A stretch of 52,930 nt of DNA, from contig JAADVB010000124.1 in the NCBI GenBank assembly GCA_023334545.1, forward strand, positions 1-52,930. Direction: 5' to 3'. Below, piece after piece: positions 22,963 through 33,300 of this stretch. The notes beneath the pieces are model-generated. The model ran no database searches and was not told the origin of the DNA. It saw nothing but the letters and a program-made list of their open reading frames with translations. Positions within the stretch are counted from its first letter, which is position 1. Each line of letters opens with the position of its first letter. The DNA comes from Salisapilia sapeloensis CBS 127946. Taxonomy: Eukaryota; Protista; Oomycota. The translations under genes and the position numbers were made by a program.

Positions 22963-24060
22963 TTATTTTGTTTTGATGTACGTCCGATGGAGCTTTTGGC
23001 CGACGTACTGGACGCTCTTGACGAGGCCGGCGGTCGCGATGCTCTTGATGCTCTGCGTCCGACTGTAGCGCTGGACGATCGAGGCAACGGCGCGCTCCAG
23101 CTGCTTCTTGGATGCGACCGATCGCGAACCGATCTTACGGCGGACGGCAGAAGGCAGACCGGCTGTCAGCTCTTCTTTGGTAGCTACCGAGTCGGTGCCG
23201 GCAAGGAGCTTGCCGTCGTCCTTGTGGGACGGCTTGAGGTACGGACATGTCTGTGGCGTAGGAGTTAGTGCCACGAGTGTACCGCCGTGGTGGTAGGATG
23301 TACCTCTAATATGGGCTGATATAAGTGTTCAAACGCGTGGTAATTGCCGTCGACAATGTTCTTGACCTTCTTCGGGTTCTCGCCGAACGTCATGCGAAAG
23401 TCACCGAGATACGAGATACGAGCGATGCGCTACAAACCCTACTTAGACCCTAGACCAGGTAGCAAACTTCCGTCCACGTACCATGTACAAGTCCTCGTAC
23501 GTGAACGTCGGAGGTAGACACAAGAGAGCGTAGTTGACGGCATGACGCAAATTCGTGGTGGAAGCACCGGCGATCGCGTCAGTCGTCTGCAAGACATGCA
23601 CCTGCGATGGATACATTTCAATCTACATCTAAGAAAAAGAAAAGAAAAGGAGCAATACAGGCTTGTGCATGCGACCGCTTAGATACAGCGTCCGCCAATC
23701 GGTCAAGTCGCTGCACAGCGTGTCCACGTCGACGACACCGTACTTGATCATGCGTTTGGGAAACTTCGACGTCTCGAGCGGCACGAGTGTGTTGTAGTAG
23801 ATGCCTGCTCCATAATTTCGCTGGAAATTCGCGACGGTCGAGGCACCGAGCCACTGGAGACCAGAGTAATGCTGTGGATTCCGTTCGATGTTCGCGGCAT
23901 GCCACGCCTCGGAATCGTCGACGGCGAACACCAGATCTAGTAGAGATGATGAGCTGTCGTGGTTCTTCTGATGGAATACGCTGGACCCGTATGCCATGCG
24001 GAACGAGACCGGCGGAAAGGTCTCGTCAAGCGCAGCATGAAGCAGGTCGGCGCCGCTCAT
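22963..24060 (-). CDS. TAM41: Mitochondrial phosphatidate cytidylyltransferase TAM41 (4 exons)
   Basis: AYGSSVFHQ, LDLVFAVDD, IYYNTLV, IKYGVV, WRTLYLSGRMHKPV, ISYLGDFRMTFGENPKKVKNIV, QSIKSIATAG. Confidence 0.93.
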
Positions 24061-24979
24061 TTTTGCATCCGTGAGATGCGTCAGCAGAGGTTTTATCCGA
24101 GTAGACAGGTTTTCAAAGTTTTTTGATTGGTGGAAATATGGAATTTGAAGCAATGAGAAAGCGTGTTTTGGCGCCAAAACACGTCTGGAGCTCTGGGTGG
24201 AAATGGAGACTTGAAGTTGCACAAGTCATCACATGCGATCGACTGGCTTGTCATGTTTGTGCTAGAGTTGTGGATATGTCTACATCTGCAGGGGCACTGC
24301 AGAATATATTCAGGGAGAAGTAGCTGATTAGGAGCATGATAATAAGGAAAGAGTAAGTTGGTCATGGATAAGGCAGCATAAGCTTGGTAGCAAAAGCGCC
24401 GACGAGGTTATGAAGGTTGAAATCAAAACTGTGTCTTGACGCAGCTCTGTTTCAGGTCAATTCTAGCCATCTATTAGCACCTTTTTAGAGCTCCAAGTGT
24501 CTTTATAACTGAATGCATCCATTGCGATACTCCTCTGCAGCAGGCTGATACAAGTTGGCAGATAGAAGAGATACAGGTAGACTATTTTACTTTTAATCAT
24601 TCGTTGGTTATCTAGATTGTGTGCTAGCTCAAATACAATTAGAATGGGTTAGTATCACCCGAACAAAAGACCTGGCTTCTACCCTGGTGTAAGCTGGAAG
24701 TACGATCTGATAGTTAGAGTTATAGGCGCAAAGGCTTAGAGCTTTGGCTATAACTACAAAGAGATCTCAATACCAAGCATCAGGTCCAGAAGCAAACAAT
24801 CAAGAGACTTTGAGGATACGAATAACAGTATGCTTTACAACATATCTCATTTACGACATTTTAAGCTTCTTGCTTTTGGTAGGCTAGTCACTCTCAACAG
24901 GAACAAATTACCACTTACAGGATGCTATGTATCTCAATAACTAATTTTTATAACACACGTGAGAATTGTCTATCAGCAT

Positions 24980-25051
24980 TCCTCGATAGTATAGTGGCTA
25001 GTATACCCGCCTGTCACGCGGGTGACCCGGGTTCAATTCCCGGTCGGGGAG
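24980..25051 (+). tRNA. tRNA-Asp (GTC)
   Basis: tcctcga...ctGTCac...ggttcaattcc...tcggggag cloverleaf followed by a T-tract. Confidence 0.97.
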
Positions 25052-25064
25052 TTTCTTTTTTTTT
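25052..25064 (+). terminator. Pol III oligo-T terminator of tRNA-Asp
   Basis: tttcttttttttt immediately after the tRNA. Confidence 0.8.
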
Positions 25065-25358
25065 CGGACTACTACCGCTGTAGTAGACTGACACACAGTG
25101 TGCTTCTTTAGGAAGGAGAGAAGAAGCGACGAATAAATATTGTTGATGTATGCTTGATTTATCTATACCCATATCATTAAGCTAGACTCGAAAATAAAGG
25201 AAAGCTTATATATCTTCCTGTACGAAGATGTAAAATGGAGGGGCAAGCCATCTCTACACTTCCTAGTGCTATAGTGGAACCATCCATACACTCAACTCGA
25301 CCTTTGTTTCGACAGATAACACTTTGATTTAAGAACGCTACGCACTCTTACGACTACT

Positions 25359-25815
25359 TTACTCTCGGTCCTTGGGATCAACAAGCGGAGGTGAGGTAAA
25401 GGGAATCATAGCAGGAAACACATTTCTTGCATCGGCAGCCGTGGGCGTACTCGGCGTGCTTTGGCCATCCACCACTTTAGCGGTCGGCGCGGAAGATGGG
25501 CTCGAAAAGCGCGAGCTTCGGGATGGACTCAGACGACTGCCACTCCGGAAGTTATACTTGTCGTTACGGAAGATTGGCAGCAACTTTTTAATAATCTTGA
25601 TGCCTTTAAAGATCGACGAGACGATGCCTTCGTTTGAATCTACATGTTGTGAGTCTAGCTACCAAACAGTCATGGCGTGATGATCAGATTGTACCGAGTG
25701 TGTTATCAATGTTTCCAGAGCGCAGAGGGACAACGTAGACATCAGGTTCAGCCGCAGTGGCAAGAGCGAGGACGATACAAAGCCAGAGCAGAAAGGTACC
25801 AAAGCTGGACTTCAT
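25359..25815 (-). CDS. Small secreted protein, 133 aa (exons 25815-25695, 25639-25359)
   Basis: Clear signal peptide MKSSFGTFLLWLCIVLALATAA; a 55-nt GT-AG intron joins two ORF-track fragments in frame (121+281=402 nt). Confidence 0.7.
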
Positions 25816-26266
25816 CAGGATGAACAAGTGCTTCGTCAGTCGCTGGCAAATAATGTTATGGACTGAAGCTTGATCCTGCTCCTCTTTAATATCCCATTTC
25901 CAGTAATCTTCCTCGACGTCGCTATACAGATCTTCTGACGGAACGAGACTAGGAAAGTTGCGATCAATTCCAAGATCCATTCCTAGTACTTTAAAAAAAA
26001 TCATAGATCATTCTAACGTTCCCGAATGTCTACCAATCGAGTATCTACATAGGACATCCTACAATCCTATTCATACCGGCACACCAAACGCCAAATGCGA
26101 AAAGCAAAAAGCAAAATGCTAAAAGTAGTCGACTTCATCCTTCCAAACCTACAAATAGCACCCTTCCTACATCCTACCTATAACGCACTTAACCGTTACA
26201 TCACTGGTTACAAAATGCCACGTATCGACGCATCAACCAAACTCTCATACTCCAGACTTTCGCACG

Positions 26267-26679
26267 ATGGTAGGCTTGGCTTCCTCTTCCGACCTCTCCA
26301 CCCACCTCTCGTACTAACAATTCACCCTGCTCTACACAGTCTAGCAGCCAGGGCAACGATAACGGTCTCAAGAACCGCAAGCCGGCACCGACCCAAGCTT
26401 CGGATGGCGCCGCCGCTGCCCAGCTCCGCAAGTCCGTTCATTCCTCCTTGTACTCTTCTTCCTCTTCTAACTCGCTCCTGAATCTATAGCCGCAAGCCAA
26501 GCTCTGGACGCATGGCCAACACTGGCCGAGGCATGGGCGGCAGCAGCGCTGGCATCCTCCGCTTTTACACGGACGACTCGCCCGGCATCAAGCTCGGACC
26601 GACGACGGTGCTCGTGTCGTGCCTTCTGTTCGTCGGCTTTGTCGTCCTCCTGCACGTGTGGGGCAAGTTCCGTGGTTAG
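26267..26679 (+). CDS. SEC61B: Sec61 translocon beta subunit (3 exons; exon 1 is the ATG only)
   Basis: GILRFYTDDSPGIKLGPTTVLVSCLLFVGFVVLLHVWGKF; introns with tactaac/ctaac branch points. Confidence 0.93.
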
Positions 26680-26751
26680 CCAGTACAGTTCACAGCACAT
26701 TGCGCCAAAAAAACTCTTTTTCAAAAAATTATTCTTCCATTCCTCTCGATC

Positions 26752-27593
26752 TTACTTGAAACCATTCCGTTCCTTTCGTACTGAGACGACGGTATTGCTA
26801 TAGTCAGATGAGCTACTCTTCTGCACTAAGGGTAAGGAGCCCAGTCGCCGACACTTGTGGTGACGACGACACAGCCGTCTCCTCTCCATCGGCGACAGGA
26901 GGTCTAAATGCCAATTTACAAGCGTTAGGTCGTAGACACTAGAGATTCTATAGCTGTCGTACCATTCTGTCCAGCGTCCTGGATGGCTCTATCCATCCGA
27001 AGGTCGATGGGTGCATTGATAGCAGTCGTACGTAGTGAGGGAGCAGACATGGAGCTCTGGAGCGTCTTATTGAAGGGGGCCTTGACCTTGGACGGGAAGC
27101 TAGCTACTTCTGATAGGAAGCCTGGATCGAATCGAAACTTGAGAGACCCGCCGTCGAGGTAGAAGGCTCCGATGGTCCCGACGTTGATGCGCCCGTAAGC
27201 TTTCTTCCGAGATAACTTGGTCCCGATGTGCTGCAGGATCGCTCCCATAGTGTGCTGCGTCTGGTCTCGCGTTGCACCAATTTCCGTGCCTAGGATGGAC
27301 AAGATGACATCGGGCGTGGGAGACAACAGCGATGGTGGAGGCGCCTGCCACCCGACTCCGTACTGCTTCTGGAAGGAGTCTGCGAGGAGAAAGACAGGTC
27401 GGACGTGTCGATGGTCTCGGATGAAAGACCACTTGCCAAACCCAGCGAGCTGCACGCCTCGATGGCAACGAAGCTGGTAGGACACATGCGTCCCGAGAGC
27501 CTCCCACACTGGAAAGACGCACGCCCCCAGCAGTCGCTCATACTCGTGCTTACTCTCTCGCAGCTTCCGGACACAGTCTTCCAAGAGCCCCAT
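26752..27593 (-). CDS. CCDC81-like protein (eukaryotic HU-like domains); 3' end uncertain (unspliced stop at 26925, or a short last exon ending ~26752)
   Basis: VWEALGTHVSYQLRCHRGVQLAGFGKWSF and INVGTIGAFYLDGGSLKFRF resemble the two CCDC81 HU-like domains. Confidence 0.6.
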
Positions 27594-27795
27594 GATTTGA
27601 ACGAAATGACGGAAATAGAAATCAACAAACCAAAATAGTTTCTTGTCCTCTTCTCAAGTAGACTTGTGGTAACCTAGCGAGTACCTCTCGAACTCGATGA
27701 GAGGAAGCGCTGCCTCGGTCAAGTGGAGGCAAAATTCTGAGCCGCCCACATCCATCCGGATAGCTCCCCATCCTACCACATCGACTCCACCAGAC

Positions 27796-29350
27796 ATGAC
27801 CTCGACCTTTTTCAATGCACTACGAGAGCGTATCGACGCCATCGACTCCTTGCTGTGCGTCGGACTAGACCCGCACACGGCAGAGCTGCCGGAACCAACC
27901 GCTGCAGCCGCTGAGGCCTTTTGTGTCCAGATCGTGCAGGAGACGCAGGAGATCGCTGCGGCCTATAAGCCCAATGCTGCTTTCTTCGAGGCCTTTGGTG
28001 CCGATGGGTTTAGAGCACTCGAAAACGTGATCAAGAGCATTCCGTCCGGAATCCCAGTGCTACTGGATGCCAAGCGGGGAGATATTAGCACCACTGCCGC
28101 CGCCTACGCCGTCTCGGCCTTTGACCAGCTGCGTGCTCACGCCATCACGCTCGCGCCGTACATGGGGCGAGACTCAATCGACCCTTTCATCGTCGATCGA
28201 CCGGAACGTGGCTGCTTTGTCCTGTGCAAAACATCCAACCCGACGTCCAATGACTTCCAAACGCTCTCCGTCCGCGGCGGCTCCCGAACGCTGTACGAGG
28301 AAGTGGCGGCCAAGTGCCACGAGTGGAACACCCAAGATAACATTGGCCTCGTGGTCGGTGCCACGGACGTCGAAGCGCTAGCACGGGTTCGTGCCATCGC
28401 TCCCGACCTCTGGATCCTAGCGCCTGGCATCGGAGCGCAGGGAGGGAACCTCGAGGAGGCAGTCGGTGCTGCGCTGTCATCCGACGGCAAGGGCCTCTTG
28501 GTGCCGGTATCGCGAGGAGTGTCGAAAGCGTCGGACAGGAAGCAGGCAGCGACGGAGCTGAGAGACGCCATCAACGCCGTGCGCAAGAGCAAGCTGTCGG
28601 AAGCCAAGACCGAGGTAGCGCTGCTGGAACGTCAGCGAGACTTTATTAAGTTTGCGTTGTCGCTCAACGTGCTCAAGTTTGGTGACTTTACGCTTAAGTC
28701 GGGTCGCCAGAGCCCCTACTTTTTTAACGCCGGACTCTTCCGTACAGGCAAGGCTCTTGGCCAGCTAGGACGGTTCTACGCACGAGCTATTCATGTACTT
28801 ATCGACGTCTCGTACTATACGTTTAGCATGTTAACAGTACATGTGCACATAGGACAGCGGCATTGAGTTCGACGTACTCTTCGGACCGGCGTACAAGGGC
28901 ATCACTCTCGCGGCTGCCGTCGCAATCGCGTATGGCGATATGTACGACGTCGACCTCCCCTTCGCCTACAACCGGAAGGAAGCGAAAGACCACGGAGAAG
29001 GAGGCGTCCTCGTCGGAGCGGACATGAGCAAAAAGCGTGTGCTCATCATTGACGACGTCATCACTGCCGGCACAGCTATCACGGAGGCTATGGACATTCT
29101 GGACAAGGCGGGTGCCGAAGCTGCTGGTGTCTGCATCTCGCTTGATCGTCAAGAAAAGGTGTCGGTCGACGACTCCAGGTCTGCCATCGACCGTGTACGA
29201 GAGACGTACAAGATGCCAGTCATTAGCATTGCGACGCTCGATAGTCTAGTGGCGTTCCTGGAGCAGACGAAGGATAACCACGGCGGCGCTGCCTTGCTGG
29301 ACACCATCCGTCAGTACCGCGCAGAGTACGGCGTGTCTGCTCAAGAGTAA
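27796..29350 (+). CDS. Bifunctional UMP synthase in inverted order, OMP decarboxylase-orotate phosphoribosyltransferase (2 exons)
   Basis: [35 protein letters not shown] (PyrF); [42 protein letters not shown] (PyrE); one intron beginning gtactt at ~28794. Confidence 0.96.
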
Positions 29351-30489
29351 GCATGGAGGTGACGCGAACAATACATTTGTACTGTCCCGACAAAGTTAGC
29401 GGTATCGTTTCGTGCAGTTAATTACGTTGGCACTATGAATGGACAGATCTAATACATCAAATGTAGCTCGCTATTCAGAGCATCGGTCGCGTATACATGA
29501 GTTGTTCTCTCTCGTCGTCTAAGCAAATAAATGTCTGTGGTCGATGATGACCGTTTTGGTTTTGAATGTAGAGTACATTGACATCGTGATACTTACGACA
29601 TGTACTCTTCATCCCAGCACATACTATTCGTGTACCACCATACTGGCTTTGGCACTCTCTATTTGCAAATACGTGCTTATTCAGTACGACTCGTTTCTCT
29701 GAAATTCAATCACCAACATCCAGGAGCTGCGAAGGTGATGGATTCTAGTGATAACTATCAACGTTTCAGAAGTATGACAAACTGATCGATTCTAGTTTCA
29801 GACTGATGCTGAAGGTTTCCAGTATACAGCGACACGCCGACTGGTTATGTCCCTGTTTCTTGTCGTTCACTATATTACTTTGAAGTTGTTCCTCAAGCAA
29901 AGACGTATTTAATTTGTAATCCTAAGCTCATTCTTCTTCGTGCCGTGGAAGCTGCATCTTACAAAACGGACCTACAAGAGTCATAAACAAAACAAATCGG
30001 CCTTTGGTCAAGAGCCATACTAGCTCGTATACCGTATACTATAGCGTAGTGTACTGATTACTCCTGACAACGATCGAATAGAGTGGAGGTGACTCTACAT
30101 GGATGAGAACGAGCCAAATCAAGCAGTAAAGCGTACTCTATTGAGTAATACGGACGACTCGTTGGGATACCTACCGCGTCTATCGTTTCGTAGCACAATT
30201 AATCAAACTAGCAGGATCATTACGTGTTTCCCTTGCTCGCTTTAGAAGTCTATAATGGGCATCCAAGACCACAACAATGTCTTGTTTCTGATATTGACCC
30301 GCTAACTCTTTCATGCCTTCTAAATGTCGTGGTAGTAAGCACAACTGGAATTCGACAAGTAGTTAAAGTCAGTAAACATCTCATCACTACGAAACAAATT
30401 CAGATATGCTTAGTTGCTACAGTTCATAGTAATTTGCTTTTCTGCTTTGCTTGTTATAATTAGACGACAGGCGCTAACTTCATCGTGAT

Positions 30490-33300
30490 AGAAATTTTTT
30501 TCATTAAACTAAAATCCACAATATTAATTTTGATAAGCAACAAGGACAAAAAAAGATCAATTAAGGTTTGTTATAACTCATTGCAACGCTGTACAAAACA
30601 AATCGTTATAAGCTAAATCTTAAATAGTAAATATGTTAAAATTTAAACGCATAAAATCATTTATGAGTAGCTAGCTTTAACAAAAACCAAATCAAACAAC
30701 ACGTATATGCAAGAAAACTAATCGAACAAAGATTAAATGACTTTTTGACCAATGTTCGCTTTATTTTAAATTTAGTAGTGTGTTAGTATTTGCACGAAAG
30801 AAAATTAATTTTGAAATACTATTAAACAGTAAATAATTAACTGTATTCAATTTTTATTAAATTCCTCATCAAATGTTAACACCGTCAATATGTATTACGT
30901 ATGATTTACGCAAAAGTCAAATATGTCCGACAAAACCTTACAGAACACATATCAATTTTTCGTACAACTTAGTGCATAAATAAAATTGACTTTTGTTTTG
31001 TCTGTACTATTGCCTTATTCAAAATACCAAATAATAAAACTATGAAAACTCTTTACGTGGCAAACATTATTCTATAAAGAACAATAACCTACAAAGCTAC
31101 ATAATCGTACAAATAGATTGAGACTCTGCTTAAAAACATCATAGACACCAAACTGTAACATTAAACAATCAAGCACAAATTGACTGCAGGACCATATTGA
31201 ACTAGACATGCAATTATTCGTCATAAAAGTTGTTAGAACATAAAACAAATAAGCTTAAAAGTAAAAAGCATGCCAACATTAAATAATATATGTTGTTGTC
31301 TAAAATATATTAAAAGACCAAACGAAACGCGAATAATAAAATATCAACAGGTTAATAACTAAAGTAAATAAAAACTTACACCAACCATCAAAGATATCTC
31401 TGTATGGGCAACAGTTTTTGCATTTGTTTTTATATAAGATTATTTTACAAAAAAAATTACATGAAATACATAAAAAAGGTGGTTTACGTGTAGATGTATT
31501 ATTATATTACATAAAAATGTAAAACCTGTAAAGCATTAACACGAAATATAATAATAAAAACTTGGTATTGTAAAATACAGTATATTGTTTTGGATATTAC
31601 TTTCTTAATTAAACCTGAGATGTATCTCAAAGTATATCGATATACTCCTTTGTATACAATGCAATGATGATCACACATAAATAACACTTTCAAACATTCT
31701 CTAGTATACAATATGTTTTTTGTGTAACGCGTTAAAATTTTCATTGAAATCGCTAAAACTTTATTTAGATAAATATTATTAGTGTACAAATAGAAATTTT
31801 TATGTTTAAATTGTTGTTTGTTTGAAGCATATATTATTTAAAATAATTAAATAATTACTTTATTTTTGCTGTTGCTGTATAAAATATTGGCGAATTTTGT
31901 TAATTTTTACAACGCATCGCTTTTGCTATAGCACAGAATAATTTTCATAAGCACCAAATATATAAATTTACAAACTTGCTATCTGATTTCATTTTACATG
32001 CATTTTTTTATTTTTTTTAAAACTAGATTACAGACCTTAAAGTCGACAATAGTTGTATATTTATTATAGAAAACCTAAAATTGTTTTGATGTGCACAATG
32101 TAAAAATTATATAAATCCCAATATTATTCTTTTGTATAAAACCAATTGTTTAATACTCAGTACATTGTAAAAACGTTGTTTTTGTTTAATACTTTCAAAG
32201 CCGTCAGTTTTTAAAACGAGACAAAATTATAACACTAAAATATATCTTTCATGCAAAAATTATAAAAACTGATTTAAGATTTAGAATTATATGTAATTTT
32301 TTAACTATGATAAAATACTTTACAAGTTGTACGTTTTATTGGTTAAAATATTTACATTTGTGCTATCTTTACTTCAAACAGAAGTGAAATGTATGAATAT
32401 TATATACAGTTGTCTTAACATATATTATATTTGTATATTACACTTTTGTAAAATGTGAAAAGTCACTTGTCTTTTAAATTATTAGCAAAGCATAATGTGT
32501 GCTGGCAAAGTAAAACTTGATTCAGCTTTTTTTACAATGGCCAAAGCTTCAAAATATGCTTTAAGGTTGAATTAAAATTTGTTATTTGTATCACAATATA
32601 ATGTTTAAGAATTTTTTGCACATTTTGACTGTATCAAAAAGATGCACTTTTGAATCAGAACTTAAACAGCTACTGTTGTTCAGTTATAATCGTATTTTCA
32701 CTGTATGCATTTTATATATTGTACCAAATATACATATGCGATAATTCTGTAATGTGTTGACATAGACAAAATACGACCGTGCTATCGTTAAGAAGTATGT
32801 ATTATACAATGGTAAATATAAATCAATTGTACTTGTATAGTCCTTGTGCAGTTATTAAGTTATTTTAAAGTCGAAGTTTACTACTAAAATTAACATAATC
32901 TGTATTGTATAGATGCACATTTTGAAAGAGAATTATCAAAAAACAAAAATTTTGCACATTTTATTACTAGATGTCGTAGGTTTAGTGATCTTCTGTGGTA
33001 CTGCGCGTCAACAGCGAATAAAAAGACATGTATAGAAGTAAAAAAAGTTTTTAGCAGCGTGACAGTTGCTAGATTACTAAGCTCGTGCCACACAGGAGAT
33101 AGCTTTGTAAATGGAATAAGCTTAAAAAGTTCATGTCTGTCCTGACAGTTCACATCGCAGTATGATTGAGAATTGATATTGTTAAAAGAAAATGGTACGC
33201 GCGTAATCACAGCAGAAAGATTGAAGCTTTTGGTAGTAAGGTGATTCTCTATTCTTTCCATATGGCTTAAAATGACGTCGATACTTGTAATTCTATACAC
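30490..33300. other. AT-rich island (~22-27% GC) with no credible intact gene
   Basis: Hand counts: 162/600 G+C at 30601-31200 and 202/900 at 31561-32460, versus roughly 55-60% in flanking genes; stops in all frames examined. Confidence 0.9.

Noticed and set aside
24600-24800. MLGIEI on the minus strand, Copia RT-like
   Set aside because: No YVDD, GSLLY or RPDI motifs found nearby.
31340-31440. Minus-strand gtaagt...ttag 21-nt mini-intron and Cys-rich PYRDIFDGW frame in the AT island
   Set aside because: Expected by chance in AT-rich DNA; no consistent exon chain or domain.
31502-33300. ORF-track ORFs 31502-31789 and 32890-33300
   Set aside because: Non-ATG starts, composition-driven I/K/L/F/Y sequence, no motifs.
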